In this document: in pieces, positions 55,130 through 64,000 of the stretch | Position numbering within the stretch: position 1 is the first letter of the stretch | Layout of the letters: every line of letters starts with the position of its first letter | DNA from: an uncultured Chloroflexia bacterium | GTDB lineage: Bacteria > Chloroflexota > Chloroflexia > Thermomicrobiales > CFX8 | Direction of reading: 5' to 3' | DNA length: 64,000 nucleotides | NCBI GenBank assembly: GCA_963763325.1 | Contig: CAVXOL010000020.1 | Location: forward strand, 53,731-117,730 | Position numbers and translations under genes: made by a program | Notes under the pieces: generated by a model | Databases searched by the model: none | Seen by the model: only the letters and a program-made list of their open reading frames with translations | Told to the model about the DNA's origin: nothing

Positions 55130-56419
55130 ATGTTGCAACGCGTCGATATCACGCCGGCTCGCATCATAGACTATGAACCGTTCATTGGTTCCGCTGGTGT
55201 CACCCGGCTGATCGATCTGGCGGAGTTGCTGCGTGGAAAGCGAATCCTGCACCTCAACGCCACATCGTACGGCGGCGGCGTCTCCGAGTTGCTTCGTTCG
55301 TCGATCGCGATCCAGCTCGGGCTTGGCCTCAACGTCGAGTGGCGCGTCATTTCCGTCGATCCTGCGTTCTTCAGCATCACGAAGGGGTTCCACAACGCAC
55401 TCCAGGGCAGCGAATTCACGCTGACCGACGAGCAGCGCGAGACATTCCTGCTCCAGAGCGCCTACAACGCCCAGCAGCTCGTGGGTCAGTATGATGTCGT
55501 CATCGTCCACGATCCGCAGCCGGTCGCGCTGCTCAACCTGCATGGTCGCGATGACGCCACCTGGGTCTGGCGCTGCCATATCGACACCTCAAACCCGAAC
55601 CAGCATGTGCTCGACTTCCTGCTGCCGTTCATCAATGAGTACGATGCGCTCGTCTTTACGATGCCGGAGTTCGTACCGACAGCCCTCGCAGACAAGCACG
55701 TCCACATCATCCCGCCCGGGATTGATCCACTCTCGCCCAAGAACCTGGAGTTGCCGCGGGACATCAGCCAGCGGATCATGAACTGGGTCGGGATCGATCC
55801 ATCTCGCCCGCTCGTGACCCAGGTCTCGCGCTTCGATCCCTGGAAGGACCCGCTTGGCGTCATCAGGGTCTACCGGATGGCACGCGCCGAGGTGAAGGGG
55901 CTCCAGCTCGCGCTGCTCGGCTCGATGGCGCTCGATGACCCGGAGGCGTGGGCGCTGAAGAGCCAGATCCAGGCTGAAGTTGGTGATGATCTGGAAATCA
56001 CGGTCGCGACCAACCTGACCGGGATCGGGAACATCGAGGTCAACGCCTTCCAGCGCTATTCCGACGTCATCATTCAGAAGTCGATCCGTGAGGGATTCGG
56101 GCTCATTGTCTCGGAGGCCCTCTGGAAGGGTACACCAGTTGTGGCGGGCCGAACCGGCGGTATCCCGCTCCAGATGCAGGATGGTGTCGGCGGCTATCTC
56201 ATCGATCCGGACGACGACGCAGCCTTCGCGGAGCGCATCATCCAGCTCTTTCGCTATCCGCAGCAGCGCGATCGGCTTGGCTCGTTTGGAAAGGATGCCG
56301 TCCGAAAGCGCTTCCTGATCACACGCTTTGTCGCCGACGAACTGACCTTGCTGAGCGAATTGACTGGTGGCGCAATGCCCGACACGCATTCGAGGCAGGG
56401 AATGGGATATTCGTCGTAG
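55130..56419 (+). CDS. treT: Trehalose synthase-like GT4 glycosyltransferase
   Basis: LNATSYGGGVSELL, HNALQG, HDPQP, WRCHID, SRFDPWKD, QKSIREGFGLIVSEALWK. Confidence 0.88.
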   Translation: MLQRVDITPARIIDYEPFIGSAGVTRLIDLAELLRGKRILHLNATSYGGGVSELLRSSIAIQLGLGLNVEWRVISVDPAFFSITKGFHNALQGSEFTLTDEQRETFLLQSAYNAQQLVGQYDVVIVHDPQPVALLNLHGRDDATWVWRCHIDTSNPNQHVLDFLLPFINEYDALVFTMPEFVPTALADKHVHIIPPGIDPLSPKNLELPRDISQRIMNWVGIDPSRPLVTQVSRFDPWKDPLGVIRVYRMARAEVKGLQLALLGSMALDDPEAWALKSQIQAEVGDDLEITVATNLTGIGNIEVNAFQRYSDVIIQKSIREGFGLIVSEALWKGTPVVAGRTGGIPLQMQDGVGGYLIDPDDDAAFAERIIQLFRYPQQRDRLGSFGKDAVRKRFLITRFVADELTLLSELTGGAMPDTHSRQGMGYSS

Positions 56420-56474
56420 GAGTCCTGGCCGGCGCGAACGCGCCGGGTATCAAGGGGAAGGAGCCACCGGTTCC

Positions 56475-56831
56475 ATGTATGCAAGAGTCGTTGAGTACCA
56501 TGCCCGTCCGCACATTACCCGCAGCGAGGCCGCGACGATGTACCACCAGATTATCGCAGTCCTCGACGGGATGGATGGCTTCCTCGGTTCGACGTTCCTG
56601 ATGAACGAGGCAACCCACCGGGCTGTCTCAATCACCTGGTGGCGTGACGACGCCTGCGCCTCCAGCGGTGGCCGGAAGAGCCTGCCGCTGTTGATCCGGA
56701 TCAGCGACATGATGGTCAGCCCGCCCGTGATCTCCGGCTACGACGTTGTCGACCAGGTTGCTGACCGGCTTGTCCCAGTCTCGGCCATGCCGAACGACAG
56801 CGTGCCCGCCGACCCGTCCGGAGTCATCTGA
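56475..56831 (+). CDS. ABM/Dabb-fold small protein
   Basis: GGAG RBS; MYARV..GFLG..AVSITWW..YDVV. Confidence 0.7.
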   Translation: MYARVVEYHARPHITRSEAATMYHQIIAVLDGMDGFLGSTFLMNEATHRAVSITWWRDDACASSGGRKSLPLLIRISDMMVSPPVISGYDVVDQVADRLVPVSAMPNDSVPADPSGVI

Positions 56832-56970
56832 CGATGCTCGTCGATAAACTCTCATCCTCAGTTCATCGCGTTTTAACGTCCCACCGACATCATCGATACA
56901 GAGCGATCGGCCGCCAAATCCGGCGGTCGATCCGGACGGGCGATTGTTGACCACCAGAAGGGGAACCGGG

Positions 56971-57300
56971 ATGGAAAGACTGATGACGCGCAAGCGCTGG
57001 CTGATAGGCGCCGGCGCAGGCTCACTGCTGCTGGTGGGAGGGCTGGCTGCCGGACCGGTCGCGAGCCTCGCACAAGGTGACCCGGACGCCAAACTGAGCG
57101 AAGAAGAGGCTGTCCAGATCGCGATTGGCGAGTTCCCTGGGACGACCTCGACGTCGGTTGAACTGGAAGAAGAGGACGGCCGCGCCGTCTATGAGATCAA
57201 CCTCTCCAACGGCTACGAGGTCGAGGTGGATGGCAACAGCGGACAGATCCTCGAAACCGAGGCGTCGGACGATGACGACGGTGATGACGACGGGCGATGA
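56971..57300 (+). CDS. Secreted PepSY domain protein
   Basis: Signal peptide; LSEEEAVQIA..VELEEEDGRAVYEI..EVEVDGNSGQIL; acidic tail. Confidence 0.9.
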   Translation: MERLMTRKRWLIGAGAGSLLLVGGLAAGPVASLAQGDPDAKLSEEEAVQIAIGEFPGTTSTSVELEEEDGRAVYEINLSNGYEVEVDGNSGQILETEASDDDDGDDDGR

Positions 57301-57546
57301 CGACGACGACTAAGACGAAAACAGCCGTACCGTCGCAACGATCGATGACGGCACCGGCCTGCTGTCGCAGCCGCCATGATGCGTGATCGGGCGCTTGTTG
57401 ACACCCAGGGCGCCAAGAAAAGCGCTCTCGTCTCGGTCGATTCTGACGACTGATTTCCCCGACAGATTCACAGACCGGAGAAGCGCTCAACGCTTCTCCG
57501 GCGCATTCGGGACACATTCGCGGGCATCTGTGAATGGAGTGCGGTC

Positions 57547-58296
57547 ATGCTCGACAAACGGAATCCACATCCGCTCCGCGTGATGGTGCTGCTGGTGACG
57601 GTCTGCACACTCATTGGCGTCGCGGCAGCCGTTCCTGTCCTCGCCCACCAGCCGAAGATCGATGATCCGTTTACGAAGACGTTCAACATGGAGCGTTGCA
57701 ACTGGAGCACGACTGGCCGCAACATTTTCTTCAGCCTCGACCCGGGCACGCGCACCGTCCATGAGGGTGAGGAAGATGGCGAGCCAGCCAAACTCGTCAC
57801 GACCGTCCTCGGTCGGACGAAGCGAGTCGATGGCGTGTGGACGCGTGTGATTGAGGAGCGACACTTCGCCAACGATGAAGTCGTGGAAGTCTCGCGTAAC
57901 TACTATGCACTGTGCCGCGAGACCGGCAGTGTCTTCTACTTTGGCGAAGAGGTCGATTTCTACGACGACGGGGAGATCGTTGGCCATGAGGGCGCCTGGC
58001 AAGCGGGTACCGATGGCGCGGTTGCCGGACTCTACATGCCTGGCCTGCCATTACTTGGCGCACGCTATTATCAGGAGATCGCTGACGGCGTCGCCCTCGA
58101 CCGCGTTGAGATCGTTAGTCTGACCGAGCACGCGGAGGTGCCGCTCGGCGCCTTTGACGACTGTATGGCAACCGTCGAGACGACGCCACTCGAACCGGGC
58201 GCCGAGAGCCTCAAGACATTCTGCCCGGATGTTGGCATTGTCGATGACGACGGCCTGCTGCTGGTCGCATACCGGCCAGCCCACCGGAGTCGCTAA
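57547..58296 (+). CDS. Secreted hypothetical protein
   Basis: Signal peptide ending VLA; VFYFGEEVD, AWQAG, YYQE, ETTPLEPG. Confidence 0.8.
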   Translation: MLDKRNPHPLRVMVLLVTVCTLIGVAAAVPVLAHQPKIDDPFTKTFNMERCNWSTTGRNIFFSLDPGTRTVHEGEEDGEPAKLVTTVLGRTKRVDGVWTRVIEERHFANDEVVEVSRNYYALCRETGSVFYFGEEVDFYDDGEIVGHEGAWQAGTDGAVAGLYMPGLPLLGARYYQEIADGVALDRVEIVSLTEHAEVPLGAFDDCMATVETTPLEPGAESLKTFCPDVGIVDDDGLLLVAYRPAHRSR

Positions 58297-58381
58297 TCAG
58301 TTCCGGCCACCGATCAGTTAACTGGTCGCTTCGCTGGTTCCGGACGAAAGACCGGGTCGTCGACGGGAACATCGTGATCGG

Positions 58382-60445
58382 CTACGGCTGCGTATCGGCT
58401 CCCGGCAATCGAACGGTGAAGACACTGCCTGCTCCAGGCACGCTGTCGATCGTGACGGTGCCTCCATGGGCATCGACGATCTGCTTCGTGATGTAGAGGC
58501 CAAGGCCAACACCTCCAATCGATTGCCGGACAGTCGTCGCCCGCTCGAAGGGCTGAAACAGGCTCATGACCTCTGCCTGATCGATCCCAATCCCGTGGTC
58601 CTCGACGGACAGCAGCGCCTCACCATCAGCCTGTCGGATACGGACGCGGACCTCCCCGCCGTTGGGTGAGTACTTCAAGGCGTTTGAAACGAGGTTGCTG
58701 ACGACCTGCCGCAGCCGCCGGGCGTCCCATACGCCGGTGACCGGGCTGGCGGCATCGAGCACGAGCTGATGGGTGGGCAAGTGGAAGTTGGTCCGGCGCA
58801 GCACGGACATGACGTCCGAAGCGATTGCGACCAGATTGCATGGCTCGAGTTCGAGCTCGAACTGCCCGCGTTGGATGCGCGCGGCGTCGAGCAGGTCGAA
58901 CGACAATGCCTCCAGCCGGCTGATCTCTCCCTGCAGGTTTGCCACCATTGAGATGATCCGCTGGCGATTCGGTTCGGGCCGGTCGAGATGCCGCGCGACG
59001 AGCTGGGCGGCAGCCTTGACCGATGTGAGCGGCGTCCGAAGCTCATGCGAGGCGGTCAGGAGAAAGTCCTGCCGCGCCTGTGCCGCCTGCTTTGCCTCTG
59101 CGAACAGGATCGCGTTATCCACCGCAATGGCTGCTCGCCGGGCGATTTCCTTGGCCAGATCGATTTCGTCATCCTGGTAGAGCCTGCCGGACTCAGCGTA
59201 CACGAGCGTCATTGTGCCGACCGCCCGCCCGCGTGACATCATCGGGACGATCACACCCGAACGGAAGCCGAGCTGGCGCATCGCTGCCAGGTGTTCCGGC
59301 GAGGTTGCCCCCTCGACGAGCATCTCGTCGGTTATATCGCGGTAGATGACCGGCTCCCCCGTCCGCCGGGCCAGGGCGAGGGCGCCCGTCTCCGAATCGT
59401 CCGGTCGTATCGTTTGCTGCAGTTCGAGCACCCACTTGACTTTCTCCGGGTCGGAGTGAGCCAGCGCGATCTGCGTCTGCCTGCCGGTCTCATCAACCAT
59501 GTTGACCGAACACCAGTCCGCCAGCCGGGGGACGATCAGTTCGGCAACGCTGCCGAGCGTTGCCTCGTAGTCGAGCGATGCGCCAAGCACCTCGCCGGCT
59601 TCTGCCAGCAATTGCAGCGCGTTCTCAGCCCGGTGCTGCTTGGTGATATCGCGTGCAATTGTTGAGGCGCCGGTGATCTGGCCATCTTGTCCGTGAATCG
59701 GCGAGATCGTCAGTTGGACATCGACTCGCGTTCCATCTTTACGAACGCGCACGGTTCTAAGTGCTTCGATCGCCTCGCCGGCTCGCAGGCGGGCCATGAT
59801 CGATGGCAGTTCGTCTGACCGGTCTGGCGGCACGAGCATCGCGATTGGCTGGCCGACTGCTTCATCGACCGTGTAGCCGTAGAGCCGCTCGGCGGCCGGG
59901 TTCCAACTCGTGATGATCGCATCGAGCGTCTTGCCGATGATCGCGTCGGCCGACGACGCAACAATTGCCGCCAGCCTCGCGTTGGCCTGGACGCCGCGAA
60001 CTCGTTCGGTCGCGTCACGCAGGATGCAGACGGCAAAGCTGACTTGCCCCGTCTCCCCACGGATCGGCGACGCGTTGACGATCCACCAGCGCTCCTCACC
60101 ACTCTGAGGGTGATGGCAGACGATCGAGCGTCGCGCAGATGGTGCTCCTTCGAAGACATCTCGGGCAGGAAGATCAGCGACTGACAGCGGCTCTCCCGCT
60201 ACGTCGAACAGTTCGAATTTGGCCAGCACCTCATCAATAGCGTGACCCAGCAGGCTGACCGAGGAAGGAACCAGCAGCATCTGGGCGGCGGCTTCGTTTG
60301 CGTAGGCGATCACACCATCGGTGTCCTGGACGACGACGCCATCGGCGACGCCTTGCAGAATCGCTTCCAGATGTTCACGTGACTCAAGCACTGGCGGCGA
60401 GGTGTGCCCGGTAGCAACCTTCCCCGGTCCGTTTTCGTCGGTCAT
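58382..60445 (-). CDS. PAS-PAS-GAF sensor histidine kinase
   Basis: SWNPAAERLYGY, RKDG, ASHELRTPL, NLVSNALKYS, DHGIGI, GLGLYI. Confidence 0.95.
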   Translation of the reverse strand: MTDENGPGKVATGHTSPPVLESREHLEAILQGVADGVVVQDTDGVIAYANEAAAQMLLVPSSVSLLGHAIDEVLAKFELFDVAGEPLSVADLPARDVFEGAPSARRSIVCHHPQSGEERWWIVNASPIRGETGQVSFAVCILRDATERVRGVQANARLAAIVASSADAIIGKTLDAIITSWNPAAERLYGYTVDEAVGQPIAMLVPPDRSDELPSIMARLRAGEAIEALRTVRVRKDGTRVDVQLTISPIHGQDGQITGASTIARDITKQHRAENALQLLAEAGEVLGASLDYEATLGSVAELIVPRLADWCSVNMVDETGRQTQIALAHSDPEKVKWVLELQQTIRPDDSETGALALARRTGEPVIYRDITDEMLVEGATSPEHLAAMRQLGFRSGVIVPMMSRGRAVGTMTLVYAESGRLYQDDEIDLAKEIARRAAIAVDNAILFAEAKQAAQARQDFLLTASHELRTPLTSVKAAAQLVARHLDRPEPNRQRIISMVANLQGEISRLEALSFDLLDAARIQRGQFELELEPCNLVAIASDVMSVLRRTNFHLPTHQLVLDAASPVTGVWDARRLRQVVSNLVSNALKYSPNGGEVRVRIRQADGEALLSVEDHGIGIDQAEVMSLFQPFERATTVRQSIGGVGLGLYITKQIVDAHGGTVTIDSVPGAGSVFTVRLPGADTQP

Positions 60446-60780
60446 TTGGCCAACCTTGCTCGCGTCCAGTAGCTACGTCACGGATGCTGCGTCAGACAAC
60501 CATCGAAGTCTACTCGTCCGCCCGTCTCATCGGCACACTCCGCGTCGGCGCAGTTTGCATCGACTGTCCGCGGTCGCATGCTGAGGAGGCAGAGCAGCCC
60601 TGATCGGCTCCACACCGGACGCCTCACCGTCGAGCGTGCAGCCGGCGTCGCCCTCGCTAACGCGCAGTCGTTGCGCACAACGGCTACAAGGTACCGTTGG
60701 CGAAGTCATTGATACACGGTGTGCCGAATTCGCCGACGCCAGTGCCAACCACCTGGGACTGGAGCATTCGGACGATCGCT

Positions 60781-61344
60781 CTACCCGAAAACATCCGCGA
60801 CTGAGAGAGTGAAGCCCGGCAGCACGTCGCCGCCATCGAGCGAGTCCTCTTCATACAGGACATGCGCTGCTCGGTCGGCAGCGTAGACCGTCACGGTGCG
60901 CTGGATTGGAAAGACGACCCAGATGAGCTTGACACCGGCGTCCAGGTACTCGTTGACCTTTTCCTGCACCTCGTTGGCGCTGTCGGATGGTGAGACGACT
61001 TCGACGGCAAGGTCAGGGGCTAGCTCAAGGAACTTCGCCCAGGCATCTTCTGGTGGCAGGCGTTCCGCGCGGACAAATGAAAGATCGGGGATGCGGACGG
61101 TATACGGGTCGCGGGCGAAGATGTACGCGCCGTCTGCACCGGCGATGTTGCCGAGCGCGCCAGCCTCAACAAATGGTGAAAGTCTGGCGGCTATTCGGAT
61201 CGCAATCCTGCTGCTTTGGTGCCCCGAAAATCGGTAATTGAACCAACTCTCCGCGCACGAGTTCGTAGCGATGTCCGTCATCCGGCATCGCCAGAAGATC
61301 GTCTGGCCGTTAAGCAATGTCGCGATCGTCGAATCGACAGCCAT
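60781..61344 (-). CDS. Uma2 family endonuclease (compensating indels in N-terminus)
   Basis: Alternative frame gives LLAMPDDGHRYELVRGEL; RIPD, PDLAVEVVSPS, YLDAGV, VLPGF. Confidence 0.92.
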   Translation of the reverse strand: MAVDSTIATLLNGQTIFWRCRMTDIATNSCAESWFNYRFSGHQSSRIAIRIAARLSPFVEAGALGNIAGADGAYIFARDPYTVRIPDLSFVRAERLPPEDAWAKFLELAPDLAVEVVSPSDSANEVQEKVNEYLDAGVKLIWVVFPIQRTVTVYAADRAAHVLYEEDSLDGGDVLPGFTLSVADVFG

Positions 61345-61487
61345 CTCTCGATCCTCACTATCAGTGCACTACGATATCCAGTGTAACGATACACCGTTTC
61401 ACGAACGTGCTGGCGATTACAAGGCTACACACTGGACGGCGCTCGGATGCGCGTTCGAGCGCCGCACCTGTCTTCGTTTGCTGGTGA

Positions 61488-62614
61488 TTACGGATCGATC
61501 CGCGTCAACGTGCCGTCGATCACGTTGCTGACCCAGATCGCGTCGTAGCCAGCGGCGATGCCCCACAAATCAGGTGGGCCGCCGGTGTAGCGAGCGACGA
61601 TCTGGTTGGTTTTGGGATCAATTTGGGCAACCTCCCGCGCTGACGCCGAAATCACCCAGATTCCGCGTTCATCTATTGCGATGTCACCGGGGCTGGTGAG
61701 TGGAATCCTCGCAATGACCTCGCCAGTATCGGGGTTCAGGCGCAGGACCTCACCGACAAGGTCGGAACTCATGTTGGAGATCCAGAGCGATCCGGCATCG
61801 TAGTGCATGCCTGGTGCGAAGACTGGTCCGTTCACAATCCTGTCAACGATCGTGTTCGTCTCCAGATCAATTCGTGTCAGCGTCCCGTACTCGTCGCTGC
61901 TGGCAACCCAGATCGCGCCGGGAACGATCTCGATCTGGTCAGCGAAGCTGATGTCGAACGACGCGAGCACCGTGCCGGTCTCCGCGTTGATTCGAACGAC
62001 CCGGCCTTCGAACCTCGCCGATGCCCAGACTGTCGTACCTTCGTCGTCGATCGCCAGTGCGCGCGGCCGTATCGATGTCTCGATCGTTCGGACGATAGCG
62101 TTCGTGTCTGGATCGATCAGCACGATGACACCCTTGGCACTGGCGGCATCCGTGCCGCGCCAGCCGCTGGCCCAAACCCCATCCCGGCCAATCGCAACGA
62201 CGGCAACAGGCGAATTCGCGCCCGGCGCGGCTGGGAGCGCGTCGAGACTGATTGTCGCCGTCATGCTTCCGGTAGCAGGGTCGATCCTCGCGACATGACT
62301 GACACCATCAATCGCGATCGACAGCCAGATCGAGTCAAAGCCAGCCACCGGACCCCAGGGCGTGACGCCGGGTTCAATCACGTCGCTGACGTTGTCGAGC
62401 ACCTCGGCTCCGATAGAGATCAGGTTGACAGACGTAGCTTCAGGGGCCGCCGGAGAGGAGACTACGATCTCCGTCGGGTTGGCAACGGCAACGGTGTTCA
62501 AGCCCTGCTGAGGGACGGTTGATGTTGGATCGGATCGTCGGAGCCCATACACGCGACGAGTACCGGTGCAATGACGAGAGTCACTCCGAGAATCGCGGAT
62601 CGGACGCGCGACAT
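61488..62614 (-). CDS. Vgb/YVTN-like beta-propeller lipoprotein (indel near 62530)
   Basis: MSRVRSAILGVTLVIAPVLVAC lipobox in the adjacent frame; repeated W(V/I)..RIDP.T blades. Confidence 0.8.
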
Positions 62615-62670
62615 CTGTTCACCTCTTCGCTCAATGACCCAACTACGGATAGGTCGATCGGTTCGACGAT

Positions 62671-64000
62671 CTACTCGTCGAAGTCAATCCGAAGAACCTT
62701 CCCTTCGTTCGCCAGCGCGACCCACAACGTGTCCTCTGCGACCGCCATCGTCGCCACGCCGGTGCCGGTGGCAAATCGCGCGCGTGTTTCACCGCTCACA
62801 GGATCGAGCCGCAGCACTTCACCCGTCGACGAACTGTGGACCCAGAGCATCCCGTCGGCAGCCGTCAGCCAGTCCGGACCGACAACATCGACCCGCGCGA
62901 CGACGTCATTGGATGTTGGATCGATCTTGAACAGGGCGCCGAGATTTAGGTCTGCCGACCCAGACGGTTTCGCCGGAGACCGCCACTGCCAGTGGCGACC
63001 CAATCGATATCGTTGCGACGATGGCATTTGTGGTGGGATCAATCCGGGAAACGGTGTTGTTGGAGAGACTTGTGACCCAAACTGCCGAATCAGTCGCAGC
63101 GATCATCCCGCGTGGGTCGTCGATTGCGATCGTTGCGAGCAGTGTTCCAGTCTCGGCGTCAATTCGAATGACGGCGTTATGGTACTGGGACGTCACCCAT
63201 AGATCGCCGGATGCGAGGACCAGTTTATCTGGTAGTGCCTCCAGCGCCACGATCTGATCCAGCTCGCTCGTCGTCGCATCAATGTGCGCGACTTCAAACA
63301 CCTCCGACTCACCCGATCCCGACGAACGAGAGAACCAGACTCCATCGGAAGATGTCACCGCGAATACCGGCGAGCAGCCGCAGCTAAGTCCGGACGGGTC
63401 CTGCCAATCAATCGGCCCGATATCCACCTCAGCAACGATCTCGTTGGACGCGGGATCGATTTGTACGATGACGTCGTGCTCGATATCCGGCACCCAGACC
63501 CCGTCGTTCGATGCGGCCAGACCGTACGGGCGCCCACCAACATCGACTGTTGCCGAGACTGGTTGCACGACGTTCGGTGTCGGTACGATCGTGGGTGATA
63601 CTGGCGTCGCTTGTGGTGCTCCTGTTCGTTCGGCTGTGCCGCGCAGGGTGATCACCAGCAACCCTCCGACGAGGACGAAGATCAGCGCCGCGGCGGCCAG
63701 CTTCAGGGTTTCGCGCGGCCATGACTGCGGCTGTCGTTTCGTCCAGCGATCCGTCTGCGGCAGTAGTTCCGGACGTTGGCTCAACCCGGCGCGAAGGCGA
63801 TCCAGCGTTTCCTCGTCCTCCGCCTCTTTGGACTCTTCACCGTTGAGATGGGCGAGCCGGTCCGGCCGAGGTCCGTGCCGCTGGGCGAGGACGCGTAGCA
63901 CGTCCAGTCGGCAGGTCAAGGCTGTCAGGAATGCCATCCCGCGCGGCGGCGTCGAGCGTGCGCCGGACGCGGTCGCGCGTCTGCTGATCGCTGATCGGCG
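62671..64000 (-). CDS. Single-TM beta-propeller protein (Vgb/YVTN-like), 5'-partial, indels
   Basis: TM LAAAALIFVLVGGLLV; repeated VWV..RIDP.TN blades; N-terminus DRVRRTLDAAARDGIPDSLDL runs off the window edge. Confidence 0.78.

Overview
High-GC bacterial chromosomal segment. Gene content suggests Chloroflexota, possibly Thermomicrobiales-like, but this is an inference. It carries many single-base indels, including in tyrS and the PDH-E1 gene, so most frameshifts are probably long-read consensus errors. Main contents in order: (1) two tandem copies of a module made of an NB-ARC/TPR/LuxR regulator, a conserved 7-2-7 palindrome, a small exported protein with three F-x-E-[MI]-N-x-LP repeats, and a conserved 3' motif with hairpin. 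This is the best candidate for an undescribed system. (2) Two PIG-L deacetylases, a hydrolase, a phosphatase, tyrS, a methyltransferase and a third STAND regulator. (3) A sulfatase cluster (FGE, two Cys-type sulfatases, SulP, NhaP-type antiporter). (4) A CGNR regulator with a divergent MFS gene. (5) A Pil/Chp-like chemosensory operon without CheR/CheB, punctuated by heptamer-built hairpins. (6) A decayed defence-like island (DNA MTase tail, DUF4258/DUF2283 pair, AlbA_2-HATPase, DprA-like stub). (7) A zone of operons collapsed by internal deletions. (8) M28 peptidase, TreT, PepSY protein, PAS-GAF kinase, Uma2 nucleases and beta-propeller proteins. I found no rRNA, tRNA, CRISPR array or intact transposase. 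Family calls come from motif recognition only; no database search was run.
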